Assembly (NCBI RefSeq): GCF_963921235.1
Contig: NC_086097.1
Coordinates: forward strand, 229,650,001 to 229,714,000
Direction: 5' to 3'
DNA: 64,000 nt
Source: Mobula hypostoma
Taxonomy: Eukaryota
In this document: positions 26,100 through 37,006 of the stretch, one piece after another
Layout of the letters: each line of letters opens with the position of its first letter
Numbering within the stretch: the first letter of the stretch is position 1
Notes under the pieces: generated by a model
Told to the model about the DNA's origin: nothing
The model's database searches: none
What the model saw: the letters and a program-made list of their open reading frames with translations, nothing else
Position numbers and translations under genes: made by a program

Positions 26100-26110
26100 T
26101 GGCGACGAGG
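26100..26110 (+). other. Primer-binding site, complementary to the tRNA-Ser(GCT) 3' end
   Basis: TGGCGACGAGG 3 nt after the LTR; leader then gag ATG at 26480 (MAMIGTI.AF). Confidence 0.8.
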
Positions 26111-27239
26111 TTAATGAACCTACATCTTATTGGAATGCCGTGTTTTAGTTGATAACGACACTCTGAGGAAGAGCGCAAGGAACGAGCCAAGGAGCGGGAG
26201 AAGGAGGCAGAGCGAGGCCGTGAGTCCAAAAGGAAGCGGGAGCACAGCCGGGGTCAGGAACGTCAGGAGACCAAGAGACACAGTTGGAGCCGCAGCACGT
26301 CCAGCGGAGACCACAGCCGGCGCTGACCCCCAGGGGCTGAGGGTCTGCCTGCCCTAGAAGGGAGATAAAACGGAGCGACACACACATCTAGACAGAGTGT
26401 GCTGGTGACGCTAGCAAAAAGGACACGTGAGTCAAAAAAAAAGAAAAGGGGAAAACGGGGCTAAATTAACATAACAAAGATGGCAATGATTGGAACCATT
26501 ACAGCATTTGGACCATTGGAACCATTGGAGCATTTGTGGCTCCCAAACCGTCAAGCTTAGGAACAATTCTTAAAGTTTTAAGTTGGCAAGCTGAAAAGTT
26601 TTAGCTATCCACGGAATAGGGTGGGGGGAGAAAATTGCAAATCCACATTACAATGCAATGAGGAGGTGATCACGAAGAATTCCACAGGTTCCATGCTGAG
26701 AAAACGTAGTAACAGTCACAGAAGATCTCAGCCGTTGAGTTTTTTTCCAAAATCCACGTAGAGATATTACAAGGCGACAGTCACGGAATATTCCTTAGCA
26801 CAAGTGGTCACCACATAGCATACCCGAATCCATGTAAGGGTTAACGAAAGTGGTCACCACAGAATACTCCAAAAATCCACGTATGGATCATAAGTGACAG
26901 TCACATATCCAATATGCACTGTGTGCCACTCATTCACCCAATTCTTTGAGCATGGGAAAGTATCAAACTTCACCCATTACTGTAGAGAGCTCCTGCTCGC
27001 AGTCCGAGGTCTTAACTCCCTCTCTCTCTCTCTCGGAGTGTCCCAGCAGTCTGTCCGCATTTTGTTATACTGACGTCATACTCCTGCCTCGTCCAGGTGC
27101 TTAAAGTGATGCCCATAGTAAACGAAACCCGTGGTCACGTAACATGCTGCCTAGCTCTTCACTGTTATCAATGTACCTCCATGTTGTCCTATATCTCCTG
27201 TCTCTTTATGCACAGTACTGCTTCTAGTAGTTAATTTCT

Positions 27240-27750
27240 GAATGAGATATTGAACCCATGAACACTACCTCACTACTTTTTTTATTTCTATTTTTGCATT
27301 ACAGTACTTATTTAATTTACTTACTACAGGGCATGCCCTTTTCTCACTGTTACCATCAGGTAGGAGATACAGAAGCCTGAAGGCACACACTCAGTGATTC
27401 AGGAACAGCTTCTTCCCCTCTGCCATCCGATTCCTGAATGGACTTTGAAGTTTTGGACACTACCTCACTTTTTTTAATATACAGTATTTCTGCTTTTGCA
27501 CATTTTTTAAAATAATCTATTCAATATACGTAATTGATTTACTTGTTTATTTATTATTATGTTTTATTTTTTTCTCTCCCTCTGCTAGATCATGTATCGC
27601 ATTGAACTGCTGCTGCTAAGTTAACAAATTTCATGTCACATGCCGGTGATAATAAACCTGATTCTGATTCACAGGTTTTTAAATTATGTACTACTGCCAC
27701 AAAGTCAATTTCATGACATGTGCTGGTGATATTAAATCTGATTCTGATGT
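27240..27750 (+). mobile_element. Nested Rex-like LINE 3' ends
   Basis: LPSGRRYRSLKAHT..FRNSFFPSAIRFLN followed by (CTGATT)n tails. Confidence 0.65.
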
Positions 27751-29499
27751 CAGGGAGGTATTAAATTTTAAGATTGGCTGTATGTTTAAAACTTTTTGGC
27801 TGGCAACAACTGAGGAAAGTACTGTTAAAATCGCAAGATGCATAATGCTAGTAATACAACAACATGTTTTATAAATTTATACTAGAACCATACAGATAAA
27901 CAGGTCTGGCAACTTTTAAATATATCCCTTTATAAAAAGATTCACATGAAACACTGACTGCATAGGAAGATTTTTATTACATAATACATTATTTACAATT
28001 CTGCAATGGTCATTACGTGTAATTAACCAGTGCACGCAGTTGTTTTTGTTTCCCTCGCACTGGATTTAAGATCTCCAAAGACAAAGACAAAAATCTTTTC
28101 AAAACTCTTACCACTTGTCAAGGGCGAATAGTAATTAGGCCTGGAGTATACAAACTTAGACAATAGCAACTGTAAAATATCTAGTGAACAAACTCCAGAA
28201 ATCACAGTGACCAAATTAGCTAACTAACCTTTTCAGGTAGAAATTACCCAATCAGGAGCCCCAAGCATTACAAAGAATACCTGACCTGCCAGATTTCCAG
28301 CTCCAATGAACTTTTAGTCATCCAAAATTGTTTTCTTGTGTACGCACAAAGAAGTTCCTGTGTCAGTAGCTTAATTAACTCTTCCAGTATTGAGAAATGC
28401 AACATTTTTTTCGCACCCCCAAAAAAAAAAACACTGGCCTGGGCAGAAATGCCGTATCTGGCCAGATGAGCCCTAAATCCCACTGGAACGTACAGCTACT
28501 GTGACACAGATACCAACAACACAGTAGACTAACTGTCTTCTCTGTATGTGGAAACTAACAAGGTGAAATAAAGCATTATATTAAACAGTTAAAGCTTGTA
28601 ATATGTACAGTCTGTTAATAACTAGTACAGAAAATATTATTAACAGTCATCATGAATATCATACTGAACATTGTGAGTCACAACCTTTAATCAGTGAAAA
28701 ACAGGAGTTGCCATCTTCAGGCTTGGAATGTTAATGTTGAGGTGAAATCTTTATCAGTGACTTATTTTAGAAACTTTTTTAAATTACCGACACTGTATAT
28801 AGAAAATAATATAGCAATAAACGAATTTAAATACACATTCAGTTTTCTCAGTCATAATTTAGATGGGATGGAGGTGGTTTTTGTTCTGGATTTAACTGAG
28901 GTGGGTATCTGATATGCAAAAAAAAAGCTTCCAAAAAATCTGTCCTTCATCAAGACAGTTTAGTCAACTCCAATTTACTAACTCTCGAGATTTTTTTTGT
29001 GAGACAAGATGGGAAGTGACACATAAAAGAAGCCCCTGAGGAAAGAAACAAATGCATAAGACCATAAGAATTAGGCCATTCAGCCCATTGAGTCTGTTTC
29101 ACCATCCTATCATGGCTGATTTATTATCTCTATTCAAACACAGTGTCACTATTCATGCCAAGGGATTTTACTTCTCAGTAAACCTTGATTGTACAATATA
29201 ATAAGAAATAAACATGTCTTTGATGCCACCTCTCATCAAAGTGGAGTCATGATCCCAGTGGAAGTTATGGATCTGGAAACTGGGGTGAACTAGTCCCTAA
29301 CATTAGCTGAGGCAAATGATCCTACCCTCATCCAATTAATGATCAAGATTAGCAGTAGGGCTGGATTTGCTTTTCCCTTGCCCAGGTAAATTGAAACCAA
29401 TTACAATATAACTGATAATTTGTAATATAAGGAGCTTTCATTTTCCAGACTATTGAATGTTACTTCCAATAACTGGGGAAACAGCATCAGGACAGGAGT

Positions 29500-29850
29500 T
29501 GGAAATCAGGACTCCAGTGGACCAATAGGAATACAGGAACCAAGGCCCTGGTGTACCAATGGGAACACAGGAACTGGGGACTGGTGTACCAATGGGAACA
29601 CAGGAACTGGGGTCTGGTGTACCAATGGGAACACAGGAACTGGGGTCTGGTGTACCAATGGGAACACAGGAACTGGGGTCTGGTGTACCAATGGGAACAC
29701 AGGAACCAAGGCCCTTGTGTACCAGTGGGAATACAGGAACTGGGGTCTGGTATACCAATGGAAGTACTGGAACCAGGATCCTCAGGTATTAATGGGAATA
29801 CACGAACTGAGGCCCTGGTGTACCAATAGTAGCAAAGGAACCAGGACCTT
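29500..29850 (+). repeat. Minisatellite, 33-bp unit (about 5 conserved copies plus degenerate ones)
   Basis: CTGGTGTACCAATGGGAACACAGGAACTGGGGT in tandem. Confidence 0.92.
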
Positions 29851-30656
29851 GTAAGGTGATGCCAAACCTTTGGCATTTCTGAACAATCAGATAGTGGACT
29901 TGAGGAGTTTTACTGTCCATCTGAAGTGCCTCGGCCCCAAAACATCGACTGCTTATTCCATTCCATTGATGTTGCCTGACCTGCTGAGTTTCTCCAGCAT
30001 TTTGTAAATGTTACACCGGATCCTGAAACATTTGTTTTATTGAGATATCTTATCCACCCTATCGTATGAATTAACGTTTATTAAAGACTTCTGTGAATCT
30101 GTTATTTACTTGCTCAGAATGTTTTACTTTTTAAATTTTGCTGTGGACTTCTTTACCTAGAGAGGGACTTGAGTTACTAGGTAACCGTACCACCAGGGAG
30201 TGACACGGTGCTCGAATAAACCTTTTTTTGCACCATTATTTTTCCCAAATAAATCAAGGTACTATTTATCATCTGATAAAGTTTGCACCTCAAGCAGACC
30301 CGGATATGTTTGGCAATCAGGCAGATTTGTATAGAGGAATGTTTTACTCATTATTTGTGTAGTCAGACTGCAGTATAACAGACAAAATTACAAGATGCAT
30401 AGCTTGCTGTTTTATTACATTCAATCAACCACTTCAAGGAGAGATGTTTGCATATACTACAACTGCACATACCAGTAACACAATTAGCCTTTCCATCGGC
30501 CATAATGGATGCTACAATTTGGAAAGGAAATCACAAATGAAGTAGCATAATATCGAAAAAGAATTGAGGAAATCTGCCGAACACTTGAATACTATCAGAG
30601 ATCAATCAACATATAGAATAAATCACAAGGAAGGTGAAACAAGCAAATATTCTAAA

Positions 30657-30780
30657 TGACAGAGAGAGAGGGAAAGAGAAGAGAGAGAAAGAGAGGGAGA
30701 GAGGGAAAGAGAGGGCATAAAGAGAGAAGAGAGAGAGAAAAAGAGGGAATGAGAGGGGCAGAGATAAAGATAGAACTAGA
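30657..30780 (+). repeat. GA-rich simple repeat
   Basis: Purine-rich (GA)n/GGA tract. Confidence 0.85.
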
Positions 30781-31469
30781 TAAATTATATAAGAAGGCAA
30801 AAAAAAAATGGTTAGCCAAATTGACAGCAACTTTTTGGGTCAAATATCTTTTTCTGAATGCAAAGCTTTTTCTTCACTTTTATGTGACAATGGTTCTAAA
30901 CATTTCAACTTGCCTCATTGAATGCAAGACAGAGTGTGCAGTTGTGACGTGTCTGAATCTCCTACAAATAACAAACAATGATACTGCACGTTCTCCTGAG
31001 TAAATCCTACTAGTCCAAACATAAGAAAATTTGTTATGGCTTGATAAAAGTCCTGTCCAACATTTTCTGCCACTTAACAAACCTGTGAAAACAGCAATCC
31101 CAAGGTTTTATTTTCTCTCTGGCAAGTAATGTTGGTCTACATATTGGCATATACAATGTCCTTTGGTAGAAAACAACATTCGTTAAACTTGGAAACACTC
31201 ATACAAAAGTTTATGAATATCATTTGAAATAGTTCACTTCTTTAAAAACTACTTTGCCATGTGCTGCCTGTGGCAACTGCAGTCTGTGTCTATCAGCACC
31301 AGGAAATCATCTGATGAAATTTGTATATCTTGATTTCATTCGAGAATTTATATTGTAGTCACTTTTCAGCCAAACTATTAAAAGTCCTGTCTAACAGATA
31401 CAAAAATAATTTCACAGTAAATCATTTTGCCAAATTTCCACTATCCGATTAAATGATATTAATTTATGG

Positions 31470-32930
31470 TCAACAGAAAATCTGCAGATGCTGGAAATCT
31501 AAAGCAACACCCCCAAAATGGTGGAGGAACTCAGCAGGCCAGGTAGCACCTATGGAAAAGAGTAAACAGTCGAACTTTTAGGCAGAGACTGAAGAAAAAA
31601 AAAGAGAAGCCAGGGAAAGAAGGTGAGGGGGGGAGAGGGGAGGGGCGGGAGTAATACAAGGTGGTAAGGCAAAACGTGGGGTCCAGAACGAGGGGTCACA
31701 ATTTGAGGATAAAGGGGAAGCCTTTTAGGACTGAGATTAGGAAAAACTTCTTCACACAGAGAGTGGTGAATCTGTGGAATTCTCTGCCACAGGAAACAGT
31801 TGAGGCCAGTTCATTGGCTATATTTAAGAGGGAGTTAGATATGGTCCTTGTGGCTAAAGGGATCAGGGGGTATGGAGGGAAGGCTGGTACAGGGTTCTGA
31901 GTTGGATGATCAGCCATGATCATACTGAATGGCGGTGCAGGCTCAAAGGGCCGAATGGCCTACTCCTACACCTATTTTCTATGTTTCTATGTTTGAAACT
32001 GGGAGGGGGAGGAGGAAGTAAGGAGCTGGGAAGTCAATTGGTGGAAGAGATAAAAGGCTGGAGTAGGGGGAATCTGATAGGAGAGGACAGAGGTCATGGA
32101 AGAAAGGGAAGGGGGAGGAGCACCTGAGGGAGGTGATGAGCAGGTAAAGAAATAAAGTGAGAGAGGGAAATGGGAATGGGGAATGGTGGGGGGGGGCATT
32201 ACTGGAAGTTCAAGAAATTTATGTTCATGCCATCAGGTTGGAGGCTACCCAGGTGGAATATAAGGTGTTGTTCTTCCAACCTGAGTGTGGCCTCATCGCA
32301 ACAGTAGAGGACCATGGACTGATATGTTGGAATGGGAATGGAAAGTGGAATTAAAATGGGTGGCCACTGGGAGATCCTGCTTTTTCTGGTGGATGGAGTG
32401 TAGGTGCTTGGTGAAGCGGTCTCCCAATCTATGTCGGGTCTCACTGATATACAGGAGGCCACACCTGGAGCACCGGACACAGTATATGACCCCAACAGGC
32501 TCACAGGTGAAATGTTGCCTCACCTGGAAGGACTGTTTAGGTCCCTGAATGGTAGTGAGGGAGGTGGTGTTGCACTTGTTCCACTTGCAAGGATAAGTGC
32601 CAGGAGGGAGGTCAGTGGGGAGGGACGAATGGACAACGGAGTCACGTAGGGAGTGATCCCTGCGGAAAGCAGAAATTGGGGGGGGGTGGTGAGGGAAAGA
32701 TGTACTTGGTGGTGGGATCCTGTTGGAAATGGCAGAAGTTACGGAGAATTATGTGCCGGACGTGGAGGCTGGTGAGGTGGTAGGCGAGGACAAGAGGAAC
32801 CCTGTCCCTGGTGGGACGGCAGGAGGGTGGGGTGAGGGTAGACACGTGCACAAAGGAAGAGATGTGGTTGTGAGCAGCATTGAATGTGGAGAAAAGGAAG
32901 CCCCTTTCTTTGAAGAAGGACGTCTCCTAA
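31470..32930 (-). mobile_element. Penelope-like element 3' part with GIY-YIG endonuclease remnant; CR1 3' end inserted at ~31678-31993
   Basis: RQHFTCEPVGVIYCVRCSRCGLLYISETRHRLGDRF.KH and RLEEQHLIFHLGSLQPDGMNI; pLTR tail at ~31470-31600. Confidence 0.85.
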
Positions 32931-33029
32931 ATTTATGGTCTTCAGGGTAGAAACAGTTTTCCATAATGTACAGGCAAGGACAAAAATTGATTTTCTAATA
33001 CAAATTGGGTTTAATTAAATTTTTGTTAT

Positions 33030-33210
33030 TCCTCAAGGTGCCTTGTAGTGCATCGGGTGGCAACCTTGCCATTTCTTTAGCATTTTGCCTGTTTTTTACG
33101 AGGCCGAGTTGCTAGCTCAACTCTCAGCCCAGCGCGGATAGAAAATGAGCAAACAGCCAGCCGGATTCGAACCCGAGACCACTTGCTTCGAAGTCTGGGG
33201 CGGATACTTT
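33030..33210 (-). mobile_element. tRNA-derived SINE
   Basis: GGATTCGAACCC B-box (reverse complement) near 33163-33174. Confidence 0.5.
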
Positions 33211-33752
33211 AATTAAATTACTTTGGATTAACGGTAAACTATAGATTGTCACAGAACACTTCCTCATATTTGACATGCATGCAAATCTTTCTATAACCTT
33301 TAACAATTAATTCAAACATTAACAATGATTTTTACATATTCTTACTGTACTGCATGTTAAGCATCCTTTTGCTGTATGTTTCAACAGTCAATTTCTGAAG
33401 GAGTCATCAGTAGCACAGGAAAACATGCTCGGCAACACAGCAGCATAGAGCAAGATCAATGCTGGAAGCAGAAAAGATCGAAGTTGAGGTGGAGGAGCAA
33501 CACTTTACATTCCATCTGGGTACCCTCCAACCTGATCGATTTCTCCTTCTGGTGAACAAAATTCCCCGCTCCCCCCTTCTCTATTCCCCACTCTGGCTTT
33601 TTACTTCTTCTCACCTGTCCATTACATCCCGCTGGGTTCCCTCCTCCTTCCTTTACAATTGTCCATCCTCCTCTCCTATCAGATTCTTTCCTCTCTGGTC
33701 CTTGATCTTTCCCACCCACCTGACTTCATCTACCACCTGTAGGAAAAGGTGC

Positions 33753-33788
33753 AGTCGACGTTTCAGGCCGAGACCCTTCGTCAGGACT
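33753..33788 (-). ncRNA. Minimal type-I hammerhead ribozyme motif (Penelope pLTR)
   Basis: On minus: AGTC-CTGACGA-AGGGTCTCGGCCT-GAAA-C-GTC-GACT. Confidence 0.75.
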
Positions 33789-35146
33789 AACTGAAGGAAG
33801 AGTGAGTAAGGGATTTGAAAGTTGGAGGGGGAGGGGGAGATCCAAAATGATAGAAGAAGACAGGAGGGGGAGGGATGGAGCCGAGAGCTGGACAGGTGAT
33901 AGGCAAAAGGGGATACGAGAGGATCATGGGACAGGAGGTCCGGGAAGAAAGACAAGGGGGGGGGTGACCCAGAGGATGGGCAAGAGGTATATTCAGAGGG
34001 AGAAAAAGGAGAGTGAGAGAAAGAATGTGTGCATAAAAATAAGTAACGGATGGGGTACGAGGGGGAGGTGGGGCCTTAGCGGAAGTTAGAGAAGTCGATG
34101 TTCATGCCATCAGGTTGGAGGCTACCCAAATGGAATATAAGGTGTTGTTCCTCCAACCTGAGTGTGGCTTCATCTTTACAGTAGAGGAGGCTGTGGAGAG
34201 ACATGTCAGAATGGGAATGGGATGTGGAATTAAAATGTGTGGCCACTGGGAGATCCTGCTTTCTCTGGCGGACAGAGTGTAGATGTTCAGCAAAGCGGTC
34301 TCCCAGTCTGCGTCGGGTCTCGCCAATATATAAAAGGCCACATCTGGAGCACCGGACGCAGTATATCACCCCAGTCGACTCACAGGTGAAGTGTTGCCTC
34401 ATCTGGAAGGACTGTTTGGGGCCCTGAATGGTGGTAAGGGAGGAAGTGTAAGGGCATGTGTAGCACTTGTTCCACTTACACTGATAAGTGCCAGGAGGGA
34501 GATCAGTGGGGAGGGATGGGAGGGATGAATGGAGTCGCCAATATACAAAGGCCACATCGGGATGCTGAACATCACCCGACGCAGACTGGGAGACCGCTTT
34601 GCTGAACATCACCCAACGCAGACTGGGAGACCACTTTGCTGAACATCTACGCTCTGTCCGCTAGAGAAAGCAGGATCTCCCAGTGGCCACACATTTTAAT
34701 TCCACATCCCATTCTCATTCTGACATGTCTATCCGCGGCCTCCTCTACTGTAAAGATGAAGCCACACTCAGGTTGGAGGAACAACACCTTATATTCCGTC
34801 TGGGTAGCCTCCAACCTGATGGCATGAACATCGACTTCTCTAACTTCCGCTAAGGCCCCACCTCCCCTTCGTACCTCATCTGTTACTTATTTTTATGCAC
34901 ACATTCTTTCTCTCACTCTCCTTTTTCTCCCTCTGTCCCTCTGAATATACCTCTTGCCCATCCTCTGGGTCCCCCCCCCTCGTCTTTCTTCCCGGACCTC
35001 CTGTCCCATGATCCTCTCGTATCCCCTTTTGCCTATCACCTGTCCAGCTCTTGGCTCCATCCCTCTCCCTCCTGTCTTCTCCTATCATTTTGGATCTCCC
35101 CCTCCCCCTCCAACTTTCAAATCCCTTACTCACTCTTCCTTCAGTT

Positions 35147-35182
35147 AGTCCTGACGAAGGGTCTCGGCCTGAAACGTCGACT
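35147..35182 (+). ncRNA. Minimal type-I hammerhead ribozyme motif (Penelope pLTR)
   Basis: AGTC-CTGACGA-AGGGTCTCGGCCT-GAAA-C-GTC-GACT: stem I AGTC/GACT, core CUGANGA and GAAA, GUC cleavage triplet. Confidence 0.75.
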
Positions 35183-36925
35183 GCACCTCTTCCTACAGAT
35201 GCTGCCTGGCCTGCTGCGTTCACCAGCAACTTTGATGTGTGTTGCTTGAATTTCCATCATCTGCAGAATTCCTGTTGTTTTCATCTACCACCTTCTAGCT
35301 AGACTCCTTCCCCTCCCCCCAGTTTAATTCAGGCATCTCCCCACTTCCCTCTCAGTCCTGAAGAAGGTTCTCGGCCAAAAACGTTGACTGTTTACTCTTT
35401 TCCATAGGTGCTGCCTGGCCTGCAGAGTTCCTCCAGCATTTTGTGTGTCTGCTGTTTTGGATTTCCAGCATCTGCAGATGTTGTCATGTTTGAAAAGACC
35501 TAGTGATGTACTCAGAAAAACCATTAACTAAGGCATGTTGTGCAACTAGCAGCAAGGTTTGAAATGGACAGGAAGGTCATTAAACCGCAGTGGCAAAACA
35601 CTAGGACTAAATGATTGAGGATGTTGTATGGATTATTAGAATCATTAGATTTGGAGGCAAAATTGGAATGTTGAATGGACTGGAAAGTCAGCTGTTGACT
35701 GGTATGGATAAATGTCATGAGAGAGAATGAAAAAGTATGTGCGCAATATTACAAAAATGTTAAGAACTGCTTTATATTTAATCAAATGCAAAGCAGTTCC
35801 TAACATTGCTTTTTTTTGACAGCTTTGCTCACATAATGTGGCATTTCTTTGGTAAGAAAGCTAAATTACTCCTCAAGTTAAACAAGCACATTATTTGTAT
35901 CACTTAAGTATAAATGATCCACGTTATGTGACAGTATATTGTTAAATACCTTGTGATTTGATTTCCCAAGAATAATAAGATTTTCCTTTTGTCATTTAAA
36001 GTACCTGAATAGAGATTGAGAGTAATGAAACTGCTTTGATATCACTGAATATTCCTGTCGTATGGTTTTCAGTTTATTAGTCTACTTTTGTGCAATTATT
36101 CATGAAATATTTTTCCTAACATCCTTTAAGATTAGTTTTTCTTTAATACATAGTTTGATGTGACAGCAAATGGAGATAAAGAGACCAGGATTTAGAAAGA
36201 AGCAAGTGTTTCAATTCTCCACAGCTAAACTACACATCTACGTCAGTAATTTAACCTCTGATTTTGGTCATGGATATGAAGTGTTTATAAATCACAATTG
36301 CTTTCTTGAGATTCAAATAAGATAATTAAGTAGCAAATTAATCTCTGAGTGTAAAATAGAAAAACAGAAGAAAAAGTCTGGGCACTTATGCCAGGATAAC
36401 TTCAATTAGATAGCCTGAAGAGACTTACTTTGGCTGAATTACCTACGTTATTGCAAATAGCTTAAACAATGTTTATTTTATTTTATTTAGAAATGCAGTG
36501 TGGAACAGGCCCTTCTGGCCCACCAAGCTGCGTTGCCTAGCAACCCAGTGATTTACTTGTTACTGCTCATTACCCCGCTGGCACTTAGGGCAGCAATGAA
36601 GGTCCTCCAGCTCTGGTGGTGTTCAGAACACCCCTCATCGGGCAGTAGATTTAACCCTAGTCTAATCGTGGGTAAGTTTACAATGACCAATTAACCTGCT
36701 AATCGATACATCTTTGGACTGTGGGAGGAAAACAAGAGTACGTGGAGGAAACCCACGTGCACATGGGAAGAACAGATAAACTTTCTTATAGAGGACGCTG
36801 GAACTGAACTCTGAACCTGTACTAATGTCACATTAACTGCTACGCTACCGTGGCTATCTATGTATTGCATGCTGTTGGAATATTAGAATATTTTGATTAT
36901 TAAGAAAAACAAAAACATAGGATCT

Positions 36926-37006
36926 ATTCAAGGAAATCATGGACTCTGAGGCAAAAAGTTTACATGCATTTAGTACTACTTAGAGCAGTGGCTCCTAATC
37001 TTTTTT
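36926..37006. mobile_element. Tiny hAT-type MITE (related copy ~56671-56751)
   Basis: CAGTGG..CC.AA / ..GAAACCCTG termini; 8-bp TAGAG-containing flanks. Confidence 0.55.

Larger units (their letters stand above)
18353..26536 (-). mobile_element. Gypsy (Mag-like) LTR retrotransposon carrying a captured SUDS3 cDNA in place of RT/RH/IN; 5' LTR, leader and gag start lie inverted on + (25878-26536)
   Basis: Paired LTRs, PBS, PPT, matching CATTC TSD (25873-25877 and rc of 18348-18352), gag with zinc knuckles, DSG protease, and a pol C-terminal YPER..KPP..L remnant at ~18780-18830. Confidence 0.9.
25143..27144. mobile_element. Second, unrelated solo LTR broken by the inversion: 5' part 27144-26530 (-), 3' part 25143-25441 (+)
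   Basis: TGTTACG start on minus at 27144, CGTAACA end on plus at 25441; TSD CAGCA (25442-25446 and rc of 27145-27149); 25143-25307 is an inverted duplicate of 26530-26694. Confidence 0.8.
33739..35279. mobile_element. Young Penelope-like insertion with inverted arms (left arm minus with GIY-YIG, right arm plus), inside an older Penelope remnant (~33420-35490)
   Basis: ORF 34076-34612 contains C..C.TCPY and VIYCVRCSRCGLLYIGETRRRLGDRFAEH; ~33739-34330 mirrors ~34600-35195; 14-bp TSD TTCATCTACCACCT at 33725-33738 and 35280-35293. Confidence 0.9.

Noticed and set aside
29450..29876. Repetitive ORFs in all six frames
   Set aside because: Artefact of a stop-free 33-bp minisatellite; no spacers, so not CRISPR either.
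30606..31003. Hydrophobic and basic ORFs
   Set aside because: Translations of a GA-rich simple repeat.
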